This document shows positions 41,601 to 50,125 of a stretch of DNA of 64,000 nt, piece by piece. This DNA is from Candidatus Eiseniibacteriota bacterium (GTDB lineage: Bacteria; Eisenbacteria; RBG-16-71-46; JABDJR01): assembly GCA_963762255.1 (NCBI GenBank), contig CAVXKA010000003.1, positions 128,001 to 192,000 of the forward strand, given 5' to 3'. Under the pieces are notes generated by a model. It did no database searches and was not told where the DNA came from. It saw only the letters and a list, made by a program, of their open reading frames with translations. The position numbers were made by a program, and so were the translations under genes. Position 1 is the first letter of the stretch, and each line of letters starts with the position of its first letter.

Positions 41601-42878
41601 GACCGGCGCACCGGCCGACGGGGCCACCGCCACCGGCGCGATCCGCTTTGGCGCGCCCGGCAACGACCCACCCCAGGCGAGCCAGTACACCGTGTGATCC
41701 GTGAAGGGATTCTCCAGGTATTCCGCGCGCGGATCGCTCGCGAGACCGAACCGGTCGCGGTAGTTGTCCGGTCCGAGGGCGTAGAAGATGATCGTGTCCG
41801 CGGTATCGAACTTGCCGTCGCTCTCCCCGTTCACCAGGATCGGGATCTCGCTGAACGCCCCCCCGGCAAAGCCGTCGGTAAAGTCGGGGCGATCGTACAC
41901 GTGTTCCCACGCCGGGCCGGCGATCAAGTCCGGGTTACCCGGGTACGGCCTCCAACCGAGTCCCGCCCACCCCACTTCGGGCAGGAGCGGGCCGGCGAAG
42001 AGCCTCAGGCCCCTCGGATCGAGCACGTCAACGCTCGCACCCGCGTCGGCCAGCGCGCGCCGGCTCAACCGGTAGATCCCGTTCGCGCCGATCTCGATCC
42101 TGACCCAGCCTTCGGCGTCGTCGAACCAGGTCTCCGGCATGCCGTCGGGGGCGTTCGGTTGCGGCACGGTGTCGCAATCGGGGACTTGCCACGCCGAGGC
42201 GTCCGCCGCGTTGAGGAGCGCCCCGCTCCATCTCTCGCGCGCCGCGCGAGCGGGCCTCGCAGCCGACGGGGCTTGCAGCGCCGAGGCGCCACTCACTCGC
42301 ACCGTGACCGTGATCGCGCGGGCCCAGGTCGCCTCACCGGTCGCCGGATTCCAGCTCACCGGGCGGATCAGAATGTTGGCCACCCGCACGCCGCGCTCGT
42401 TGCCGACGGTTTGCAGCTCGGCCTGCGCGTTGGCGACCGAGACGCCGAACCCACGGCCTTCGCGGAGATCCGGGTCGGGCACCGGATCCTCGCGGCGCCC
42501 CCCCACGATGGAGCCGGGAATCCAACTCGGAATCGGAGGGAACCGCACGTCGCCCGACCGTCCACCCGGCTCGATGGTCAGGCTCAGCGAGGGCTCGCCG
42601 CCCGCCGGGAGTGCCACCCGCACGATGCGGCTCGGAAGCGCGGGATCGCCGGCCTCCCCGCCGCCGGCCAGCCCCGGCCAGACCGGGTATCGGTAGGCGA
42701 TCCCATTCAGATCGTCCACGATCCACTGCGGCTCATCGAAACGGACGGTGAAGCGAACTTCGCCGGCGGGCGCCTCCAACAGATCCAGCGTGTCGCGCCC
42801 CTGCGCGTGCAGCGGAGTTGAGGCCAACCCAATCCCCATGGCGAGAACGACGAGTGAGAGCAGACGTGAGTTCGTCAC
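38670..42878 (-). CDS. porU: PorU-like C25 (gingipain-family) sortase
   Basis: Propeptide-like N-terminus, NGIYRL, NPFTDHTVYWL, DYVIIA, IMDEF, LFFGD, IYLGRI, catalytic YIGHG and FSC, YVCLGDP, and a FlgD-Ig C-terminus. Confidence 0.88.
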   Translation of the reverse strand: MTNSRLLSLVVLAMGIGLASTPLHAQGRDTLDLLEAPAGEVRFTVRFDEPQWIVDDLNGIAYRYPVWPGLAGGGEAGDPALPSRIVRVALPAGGEPSLSLTIEPGGRSGDVRFPPIPSWIPGSIVGGRREDPVPDPDLREGRGFGVSVANAQAELQTVGNERGVRVANILIRPVSWNPATGEATWARAITVTVRVSGASALQAPSAARPARAARERWSGALLNAADASAWQVPDCDTVPQPNAPDGMPETWFDDAEGWVRIEIGANGIYRLSRRALADAGASVDVLDPRGLRLFAGPLLPEVGWAGLGWRPYPGNPDLIAGPAWEHVYDRPDFTDGFAGGAFSEIPILVNGESDGKFDTADTIIFYALGPDNYRDRFGLASDPRAEYLENPFTDHTVYWLAWGGSLPGAPKRIAPVAVAPSAGAPVVTESEARLHLEQNGIYDPSMYEAGYRWETWFWDSFDSKNPPRVKQIVLPHVAAGSTFDARVRLWGYVVPLNGAVGEEAQHHVQIDVNGTPAPLAVWGGLGSAAYTHFDVELADVVTDSPDTMIFTVPAVGTNPDRRDYVHLAWIDLAYRRTLNADSKAGELEIDAGEAGRTVRIARPPAGTLVVLDVTDPRNPRELTGGVTAGSGTTATLEFAMDRAASAVVAFVPASGVPVPAKVSLKTSPRLRPGGSDVRWLRDTREPIDYVIIAYDDFAEEAEILAAWRRANLYEITDTREARVRVVRVNDIMDEFTYGMWDPIALRHFLEYTYRYYGACGSDDRLSYCLFFGDHTYDFRDNEQSGILDFVPSWEDNRASIFDISYGNVQYVTDDPLARFHGPFDSFTDIYLGRITVTNRQEARDVVVDKVIRSERAPAHGAWRTKAILVADDKCQNGRLDNLPHVLQTELLDAVIPAPFDRQKIYLYEYGQECPTNSKPDAKRALLRAWSDGAWLMNYIGHGADVVLADEHVFDLADVPTLTNDNRLPVFSAFSCSVGKFSKTAQQGIGESLVLAHGTGALVSAAATYLTSSPSNGPMNIDFVRGMFPDAADLSQSVPAGVSLMRAKRGRGGDDRYVCLGDPASRISTPGRTLQVQGPDRLERGSVVDVRVEASGVGTGDLDVLAQDARLVRSQNEKGAAIDPYRLPGATIYRGTATLVADTAHVQFTVPVALRGGPDGRVRVYASGEGWDGAGVLVLPVVPQSSASPDTLGPAITFSAAGASWRPGQQVEVVLEDPGGINLTGIFEFLSVQLKVFDEAGLERTRQDITSRFAYDPGSATRGRVVFPVPDLEAGRYTVLVSAADNYNNRTQISLEVQVGEASGGNGFTSVAAYPNPFDPDGEPTRVLFTLDLPAQVTVRVYSVSGRLVRRGSMDAVSGGNAFAWDGKDEAGDVVANGVYLVQLTAKGEGGTRRHLERLAVIR

Positions 42879-42983
42879 GGCCTTGGCATCCTTGGCTGAA
42901 GGGTATCCCGGCGTGTGTCGCTCGGACGGATCGTGCGCCCGGCTCGGGCGCGGCCCGCCGTAAATCGGCGGTAGGCAAGGGTA

Positions 42984-43964
42984 TCAACGCGGTGCGGTGT
43001 CGGCTCCCATGTCCTGGAATACCCCCATGGCCAGATATTTCTCCAGCCTCTGGCGTCGCAGGGTGGCGAGATCGAGGAGCTGCAGCTCGGCGATGGCGCG
43101 GACCACGGTGGCCTTCACCGCGCGCGCGGTCTGCTCGGGGTCTCGGTGCGCCCCCCCCAAAGGTTCGTCGATGAGCCCGTCGATGACGTTCATCTGCAGG
43201 ACATCGCGCGCGGTGACCTTCATCATCTCCGCCGCCTCCGGGGCCTTCGCTTTGTCGCGCCACAGGATCCCCGCGCATCCCTCGGGGGAGATCACCGAGT
43301 AGATCGCGTTCTCCAGCATGTAGACCCGATCCGCCACGGCCAGCGCCAGGGCGCCGCCGCTTCCTCCCTCACCGATCACCACGGTCACGATCGGCACGGC
43401 GAGCGCGGCCATCTCGCGCAGGTTTCGCGCGATGGCCTCCGACTGGCCCCGCTCCTCGGCTCCGATGCCCGGATACGCGCCGGGGGTGTCGATGAGGGTA
43501 AGGACGGGCACATTGTACCGCTCGGCGAGCTTGAACAGGCGGAGCGCCTTGCGATATCCCTCCGGGTGCGGCATGCCGAAGTTGCGGTGGATGTTCTCCT
43601 TGGTGTTGCGCCCCTTCTGCTGGCCCACGACCAGGAGCGGCTTGCCGTCGATGCGGGCGAATCCGGTCACGATGGCGGGATCGTCGGCGAACGCGCGGTC
43701 GCCGTGGAGTTCGAGAAAGTCGTCGCAGATGAACCCGATGTAATCGAGCGAGTACGGCCGGCGCGGATGGCGGGCGAGCTGGACGCGCTGCCAGCGCGTG
43801 AGGTTGGAGTAGATGTCGCGCCGCATCTTCTCCGCCTTCTTCTCGAGACGGCCAAGCTCCTCCCCCACCTCGAGGTTCGAGGATGCGGCGAACTCCCGGA
43901 GTTCCTTGATTTTGGACTCCAACTCGACAACCGGCTTCTCGAAGTCGAGCCAAATGCTGCTCAA
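42984..43964 (-). CDS. accA: Acetyl-CoA carboxylase carboxyltransferase alpha subunit
   Basis: LDFEKP, ARHPRRP, ELHGDR, NFGMPHPEGYRKALR and GEGGSGGALA motifs. Confidence 0.98.
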   Translation of the reverse strand: MSSIWLDFEKPVVELESKIKELREFAASSNLEVGEELGRLEKKAEKMRRDIYSNLTRWQRVQLARHPRRPYSLDYIGFICDDFLELHGDRAFADDPAIVTGFARIDGKPLLVVGQQKGRNTKENIHRNFGMPHPEGYRKALRLFKLAERYNVPVLTLIDTPGAYPGIGAEERGQSEAIARNLREMAALAVPIVTVVIGEGGSGGALALAVADRVYMLENAIYSVISPEGCAGILWRDKAKAPEAAEMMKVTARDVLQMNVIDGLIDEPLGGAHRDPEQTARAVKATVVRAIAELQLLDLATLRRQRLEKYLAMGVFQDMGADTAPR

Positions 43965-46900
43965 CGACCGTTCCTCCCGTTGACCGTTTCCCCCAGGCGG
44001 ACCGCGTCCCCGCCGAGTTCCGCGCGCAGCTCGACGAGGAGGTCCGGATGCACCCCTACTTTATAGCGTCCGGACTTCATGCGCACCCGCCGGCCGGTCT
44101 CGGTCTCCAGGTGGATCACGACGTCCCCCCGGCCCGGGTAGCGCTCCAGGATACGCCCAATCAGGGCAAGCCGCCCCTCTTCAAGGCCGGACAGCGGAAC
44201 CCTCACGTACAGGGTGTGCGCGAGTTGCCCCCGGCACGCCTCGAAGTCGAACGCCTCGTTGGCCACGATCTTCGGCTCCCCCTCCGGCTCACGACGGTCG
44301 AGACGGCCCCGCACCAGCACCACCCGGTCGGGCTCCAGGAACTCCTTCGCCTTTTCGAACACGTCGCTGAAGAAGACGCACTCCACCACCCCGGCGTAGT
44401 CCTCTACCTGCGCGAAGCCGAACGGCCGTCCCTTCTTGTCGATGCGACGGTTGACCGCGGTGACCACGCCGAGGAGCCCGACGTCCGCCCCGTTGGGGAG
44501 GGTCTTGAGCCGCTCGGTATCGCCGGAGGCCACCGCGCAGATCTCGTCACGGTAGGCGTCGAGCGGATGCTCGGAGAGATAGAAGCCGAGCACTTCCTTC
44601 TCGCGACGCAGGCGGGCGCTGCGGTCCCACTCCGGCACCTCGGGGAGTTCCGGATCGTCGTCGCCGCCCGCGCCCCCACCGCCGAAGAGAGACGTCTGCC
44701 CCATGGCGAGATCGCGCTGGAAGCGCGCGCCCGCATCGAGTGCGCCGGGGACCGCGGCGAAGAGCCGGCCCCGCGAGGGAAGGAGCGCGTCGAGGGCTCC
44801 CGCCGCCACCAGACTCTCCAGCACGCGGCGGTTGATCGCGTCGTGGCCGACGCGGCGGGCGAGATCGTAGATACTCCGGAAGGGTCCGGCGCGCTCGCGC
44901 TCGGCCACCATGGCCTCGATGGTGTTCACGCCCACGTTCTTGACCGCCCCCAGGCCGAATCGGATCCCCTCGTCGGTGACGAGGAAGTCGGCGCGCGAGA
45001 GGTTCACATCGGGCGGGAAGACATTCATACCGAGACGGCGGCATTCCTCCACCAGCACCACCACCCGGTCGGTGGTTTCCATTTCGCTCGTGAGGGTGGC
45101 GGCCATGAACTCGGCGGGGTAATGCGCCTTGAGCCACGCGGTCTGGTAGGTGAGCAGCGCGTACGCGGCGCTGTGGCTCTTGTTGAAACCGTAGCCGGCG
45201 AAGAAGGCCATCTGCTCGAAGACCTTTTGCGCGGTCTCGCGAGGGATACTGCGGGCCACCGCGTCCTCGACGAACTTCTTCTCCAGCGCCGCCATCTCCT
45301 CCTTGTCCTTCTTCCCCATGGCGCGGCGCAGGAGGTCGGCCTCGCCGAGGGTGAAGCCGCCCATGACGCTCGCGATCTGCATCACCTGCTCCTGGTAGAC
45401 CATCATGCCGTAGGTGGGCATGAGGATCGGCTCCAGGGACTCGTGCATGCACACGATCGGTTCGCGCCCGTGCTTGCGATCGATGAAGTTCTGCACCATC
45501 CCCGAGCCCATCGGTCCGGGGCGATACAAGGCGTTCACCGCGACGATGTCGTCGAAACTCTCCGGCGCGAGCCGGCGAAGCAGATCGCGCATGCCGGACG
45601 ATTCGAGTTGAAAGACCGCCACCGTGCCGGCCCGGCGCAAGAGATCGAACGTCGCTTCGTCGTCGAGAGGGAGCGCGCGCAGGTCGGGACGCGTGCCGGT
45701 GCGCTCCCGAATGTGATCCAGCGCGTCCTCGATCACGGTGAGCGTGCGCAGCCCCAGGAAATCCATCTTCAAGAGGCCGACCTTCTCGACCGACTTCATG
45801 TCCCACTGGGTCGAGACTTCACCCTTCCCCGACTTGAAGAGGGGGACCATCTCGTCGAGGCGGCCGGGCGCGATGAGCACCCCGGCGGCGTGCGTGCTGG
45901 CGTGACGCGCAAGCCCTTCGAGAGTCCGCGCCACCCGGATGAGCCGGGCATGTGCCTCGTCCGAGCGCGCCATCTCCGAGAGCTCGGGAATCTGCTCGAG
46001 CGCGCGGTCGAGGGTGATTCCGAGTTCCCCCGGCACGAGCTTGGCGATGCGGTCGATATCCTCGAAGGCGATCCCCAGCGCACGGCCCACATCGCGGATC
46101 ACGCCCCGTGCGGCCATGGTCCCGAAGGTGATGATCTGGGTGACCGAACCCTCGCCGTACTTGGCCTTGACGTAGTCGATGACCTCGCCGCGGCGGCGGT
46201 AGTCGAAGTCCACGTCGATGTCGGGCATGCTCACCCGCTCGGGATTGAGGAAGCGCTCGAAGAGGAGCCCGAAGCGAATGGGGTCGATGTCGGTGATGCC
46301 GAGGCAATACGCGACGAGGCTCCCCGCCGCCGAGCCGCGGCCGGGTCCGACCGCGATTCCCTCCTCGCGCGCGTGGTGGATGAAATCCCGCACGATGAGG
46401 AAGTACCCGGCGTAGTCCATCTGCAGGATGATTTGGAGCTCGAATTCGAGGCGCTCCCGCAGGCTCTCCGTGGCCGCGCCGTAGCGCTCATCGAGGCCGC
46501 GGCGGGCCAGGTGTTGGAGGTACTCGTTGGGATTGTCGAACCCCTCCGGCAGCGGGAACTTGGGAAGGCGCAGATCGTCGAAGTTGAGTTTCAGGTCGAT
46601 GCGCTCCGCGATCTGGAGGGTGGCGGCCAGCGCCTCGGGGAGCGCGGCGAAAACCGCCCGCATCTCCTCGCCGGTCCGGAAATGTCGCTGGTCGGTGCCC
46701 GGGCTCAAGCGATTGGGCTCCGCCACCGTGCGCTGCTGCTGGATGAGGAGGAGGATCTCCTGCGCCTCGGCTTCGGCCGCGGTCATGTAGTGCACGTCGT
46801 TGGTGGCGACCAGCGGCAACCCCACCTTGCGCGCGACGTCGGTGAGCTGGGGGATGAGCGCCTGTTGGTGCGGGATGCCGTGGTCCTGTACTTCGACGTA

Positions 46901-47413
46901 GAAACGGTCGCCGAAGATCTCCTTGTAGCGTGCGGCCACTTCCAGCGCCTGCCTCGGGCGCCCGGCCAGGAGCTCCCGCGAGATCGCCCCGCTCATGCCG
47001 GAGGAGAGGGCGATGAGGCCCTCGGCGTGCTCCTCCACCATCTCGTAGTCCACGCGCGGACGATAGTAGAAACCCTCGAGATAGCCCGCGGTGGAGAGGC
47101 GCATCAGGTTCTTGAGCCCGGTCTGGTTCTGCGCGAGCAGGACGAGATGATCGAGGCCGCGCGCGCTCTTGACGGTCTTGTCGAAGCGGCTCCCCCGGGT
47201 GACGTACGCCTCCATGCCGAGGATCGGCTTCACCCCGGCGCGGGAGCAGGCTCGATAGAACTGGACCGCCCCGAAGAGGTTGCCTCCGTCGGTCAGCGCG
47301 AGCGCGGGCATGCCAAGCGCTGCCGCGCGCGCGACCAGGCGCTCGATGCGGGCCGCGCCGTCGAGGAGCGTGTAATCCGAATGGACGTGAAGATGGACGA
47401 ACGGGTCCGCCAA
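43961..47413 (-). CDS. dnaE: DNA polymerase III alpha subunit
   Basis: FVHLHVHSDYTLLDG, GPGRGSAAGS, FERFLNPERVSMPDIDVDF, KMDFLGL and YGFNKSHS motifs. Confidence 0.98.
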   Translation of the reverse strand: MADPFVHLHVHSDYTLLDGAARIERLVARAAALGMPALALTDGGNLFGAVQFYRACSRAGVKPILGMEAYVTRGSRFDKTVKSARGLDHLVLLAQNQTGLKNLMRLSTAGYLEGFYYRPRVDYEMVEEHAEGLIALSSGMSGAISRELLAGRPRQALEVAARYKEIFGDRFYVEVQDHGIPHQQALIPQLTDVARKVGLPLVATNDVHYMTAAEAEAQEILLLIQQQRTVAEPNRLSPGTDQRHFRTGEEMRAVFAALPEALAATLQIAERIDLKLNFDDLRLPKFPLPEGFDNPNEYLQHLARRGLDERYGAATESLRERLEFELQIILQMDYAGYFLIVRDFIHHAREEGIAVGPGRGSAAGSLVAYCLGITDIDPIRFGLLFERFLNPERVSMPDIDVDFDYRRRGEVIDYVKAKYGEGSVTQIITFGTMAARGVIRDVGRALGIAFEDIDRIAKLVPGELGITLDRALEQIPELSEMARSDEAHARLIRVARTLEGLARHASTHAAGVLIAPGRLDEMVPLFKSGKGEVSTQWDMKSVEKVGLLKMDFLGLRTLTVIEDALDHIRERTGTRPDLRALPLDDEATFDLLRRAGTVAVFQLESSGMRDLLRRLAPESFDDIVAVNALYRPGPMGSGMVQNFIDRKHGREPIVCMHESLEPILMPTYGMMVYQEQVMQIASVMGGFTLGEADLLRRAMGKKDKEEMAALEKKFVEDAVARSIPRETAQKVFEQMAFFAGYGFNKSHSAAYALLTYQTAWLKAHYPAEFMAATLTSEMETTDRVVVLVEECRRLGMNVFPPDVNLSRADFLVTDEGIRFGLGAVKNVGVNTIEAMVAERERAGPFRSIYDLARRVGHDAINRRVLESLVAAGALDALLPSRGRLFAAVPGALDAGARFQRDLAMGQTSLFGGGGAGGDDDPELPEVPEWDRSARLRREKEVLGFYLSEHPLDAYRDEICAVASGDTERLKTLPNGADVGLLGVVTAVNRRIDKKGRPFGFAQVEDYAGVVECVFFSDVFEKAKEFLEPDRVVLVRGRLDRREPEGEPKIVANEAFDFEACRGQLAHTLYVRVPLSGLEEGRLALIGRILERYPGRGDVVIHLETETGRRVRMKSGRYKVGVHPDLLVELRAELGGDAVRLGETVNGRNGR

Positions 47414-47494
47414 GGGTTGTGGTTCCGCGGGTGAGAGCCTACGAGATGCGCCGCTTTCGACCCGGCGATCTTATACCCCTCGGGGCGATGCCGG

Positions 47495-49231
47495 TCAACG
47501 CACGGTCACGATGAGCGAGCGCTCGGCGCGGTTCCCGACACGGTCGGCGGCGCGCACGACCCACGCGTGCTCGCCGGGGGCCGGGTCCGCGCGCAGATGG
47601 GCGACGAATCGTGCCGCCTCGGGATCCCATTCCGCAAGGACCGGCTCCCCGTCGAGCGTCATCTCCAGCGTCCGCCAGGTCACGCCGGCGCCGCCGTCCG
47701 TGATGCGCGCGACCAGGCGAGGGCGTTTCGCGGCCTTCGGGGCCTCCAGAGCGATCGCGGGGGGGGTGAGATCGCGCAGGAGGGCGAGATCCTCCAGGGC
47801 TCCGATCGAGCCGGCCACGCCCTCTCCGCTCGTGTCGGCGCCGACGAAGGACCACCCGTCGTCACGGCGGTAGAGCGCGAGCCCGCGCCGGGACGTCCCG
47901 GCCTCGACACGCAGCTCCACGCGCGCCTCCTGACGTAGCGGGTACGCCCAGGGGCCGAGCCGCAAGACCGGTGTTGCGGGATCGAGTTCGGGAGCCGCCG
48001 CCGAGCGGCCGGCCAGGGTGTCCTCCCACGACACGCCGACCTGGAGCGCGCCATAGGCCGCACCGGGCGGGAAACTCAAGCGCGCCAGGTCGAGGGTCGT
48101 GTCGACAGGAGCCGAGAGGACTCCGGCCGGGTCTCCACCGATCCGGATCGTGGGCGTCGACACCGAATCGCCGGGTGCGTCCAGCCTCGCGGACACTGCC
48201 AGCATCAGTTCGCGCTCCGTGCGGTTCCCGGCGGCGTCCCAGGCCTCGAATCGCACGTGGTGCGGCCCCGGCGCGAGGCCGGCAAACCAGTCGGGGCCGG
48301 CGTCCAACCAGCGTGCCACGCGCTGCCGCGCGCCCGGAGGAGGGGCCATGCGCACCCATCGTTCCCCGCGGGTGCGGGCCAGATCTTCGCGGAACGTCCA
48401 GCGCACTTCTCCCGGCGCGTTCCAGTCCACGCGATCGAAAGCGATCTCCGCGATCGCCCGCCCGTCGACGGCCCAGCGCACGCGATGGGGAGCCAGGCGG
48501 TTCCCGCCGACACAGGCGCGATCCTCCGTCTCGAGCCATACATCCACCCGTCCCGTTACCGTCACCTCCGGCGACCGGCCGCGAGCCAGGGAAACCACCG
48601 CGGGTCCGACAGCGCCGTTCACGCGAACGCCCGCCTCCGCGGATTCGATGAGAGCGCGAGTGACCGCGGGGGCGACGCTGTCGGCCACCGCCCAAGCGCC
48701 GGTGAGAGGATTCACAGCGATCGATGCATCGTCCCCCTCGCGCAGCTCCGCGTGCAGGTGCGCGGGACCGGCTCCGCTCGACCCGCTAAAGGCGATCACC
48801 TCGCCGGCCGCGAAGCGCAGTCCGTCCGCTGCCGGGAAGAAGTCGACCTCGTAGCGCCCCACGCGATCCTGCTCCCCCTCCACCGCTGCGGCGATACGCG
48901 GAGCGTACCGGCTCAGATGAGCGAAGACCGCGGTGCGCCCGCCACCCATCCGGAAGTAGACGGCGTTTCCGTAACCCGTGCCGGAAGCGCGCAACCGAGT
49001 GACCTCGCCGTCGGCGGGAGCCCGCACCGGTTCTCCTTCGACGCCCGCCGTCGAGAAGTCCAACCCACCGTGGTAGTGACCCGACCGGTACTCCCCGAAG
49101 GAGGAGGTGAGCACCCGGACACCCCGGAGCGGGGCGATCAGATCCCCGGCTCCCTCCGCGCCGGACGCCAGGAGGAGGGCGACGACGACTGAAGCGATCC
49201 ACGATGGGCGAAAGATGGCTCGAAACGGCAT
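47495..49231 (-). CDS. M23-family metallopeptidase
   Basis: SFGEYRSGHYHGGLD (HxxxD), GYGNAV and AHLHAE (HxH); signal peptide; C-terminal Ig-like region. Confidence 0.87.
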   Translation of the reverse strand: MPFRAIFRPSWIASVVVALLLASGAEGAGDLIAPLRGVRVLTSSFGEYRSGHYHGGLDFSTAGVEGEPVRAPADGEVTRLRASGTGYGNAVYFRMGGGRTAVFAHLSRYAPRIAAAVEGEQDRVGRYEVDFFPAADGLRFAAGEVIAFSGSSGAGPAHLHAELREGDDASIAVNPLTGAWAVADSVAPAVTRALIESAEAGVRVNGAVGPAVVSLARGRSPEVTVTGRVDVWLETEDRACVGGNRLAPHRVRWAVDGRAIAEIAFDRVDWNAPGEVRWTFREDLARTRGERWVRMAPPPGARQRVARWLDAGPDWFAGLAPGPHHVRFEAWDAAGNRTERELMLAVSARLDAPGDSVSTPTIRIGGDPAGVLSAPVDTTLDLARLSFPPGAAYGALQVGVSWEDTLAGRSAAAPELDPATPVLRLGPWAYPLRQEARVELRVEAGTSRRGLALYRRDDGWSFVGADTSGEGVAGSIGALEDLALLRDLTPPAIALEAPKAAKRPRLVARITDGGAGVTWRTLEMTLDGEPVLAEWDPEAARFVAHLRADPAPGEHAWVVRAADRVGNRAERSLIVTVR

Positions 49232-49481
49232 GCGGGAAGACCCCTCAAGTGCAAGTGGCGCATGAGGCTATCACTCAGTGAGAGCCAGGTCAAACCGGCC
49301 CAGCCACCCTGCGGCGGGCCCGATCGTGCATTGTGCACGCCCTGTCGCGGGAGAGTCGTGCGAAGCGCGACACCGGGGGGAATTTCGCGCAGACGGAGAA
49401 AAGTGATGCTCAAGATGCGAAATGAAATACCGATTGATTCCAACGGAACTTGTGAGATTCCCGCGGTCGCGCGACCGGGCT

Positions 49482-49497
49482 TGGTACGCCGGTTGCT
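49482..49497 (+). promoter_or_regulatory. Sigma54 (-24/-12) promoter
   Basis: TGGTACGCCGGTTGCT, one mismatch to TGGCACGNNNNTTGCW, about 100 bp upstream of an ATG with an AGGAGG RBS. Confidence 0.72.
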
Positions 49498-49600
49498 CAG
49501 TACACGGCCGGAGAAGGGAACCACTCCGCGTTCCCAGTGCGATTTCGCCCGGTCCAATTCCGGGTTCGAGTCGAGTGCCCGACAAGGAGGAGTTGAAAAC

Positions 49601-50038
49601 ATGAAGCGCTGCTTCGCGTCCCTGTTCGCAGCCGGCATCGTGGCCACCCTGATGGTGGTCGGGTGCGGTGATTCCGCGACGGTGTCCCAGCCCGACACCG
49701 CCCCCCCCCTGGCCCCGGTCATCTTGGGTGCCCGCGGGGATGACGGCACGGTCGGCATCTGGTGGAGAACCAACACCGAACCCGACCTCGCCGGCTACCT
49801 CGTTTACGTCACGGAGGCGGGCCTGACCCGTCGCATGAGCCAGTTTCCGATCGAGAACAACTACGTGACCTGGGAAGCGGACGGGCTCGAGTCGGTCCAT
49901 CTCTACGTGACGGCCATCGACTGGGCCGGTAACGAGAGCAGCCCCTCGGTGACGAAGATAGTGAGTCCTGTTCGGGGCGACCAGGACAAGGGGCCCATTG
50001 ACGGCCTGCAGAACAAGGAACTCGCCCAACCCCGCTAA
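49601..50038 (+). CDS. Lipoprotein with a fibronectin-III-like domain
   Basis: Lipobox VVGC; WWRTNTEPDLAGYLVY...YVTAIDWAGNES is an FN3-like pattern; strong RBS. Confidence 0.8.
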   Translation: MKRCFASLFAAGIVATLMVVGCGDSATVSQPDTAPPLAPVILGARGDDGTVGIWWRTNTEPDLAGYLVYVTEAGLTRRMSQFPIENNYVTWEADGLESVHLYVTAIDWAGNESSPSVTKIVSPVRGDQDKGPIDGLQNKELAQPR

Positions 50039-50125
50039 ACGGGCCTTCGACGATCCGGACTGGACTGGGAGGGACGGGGCTTCGGCCTCGTCCCTCGCCT
50101 TGTTCTCGTCGATCCCGCCGAGGCC

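Noticed and set aside
46227-46237. Half-site ATGCTCACCCG in dnaE (a similar half-site lies near 37511 in porV)
   Set aside because: Only half of the palindrome is present, and in dnaE it is explained by the conserved ERVSMPD codons.
44048-47434. Long plus-strand ORFs antisense to real genes (for example 1128 aa here, 869 aa at 19824, 944 aa at 54747)
   Set aside because: These are shadow ORFs typical of high-GC DNA; the opposite strand carries clear conserved proteins.
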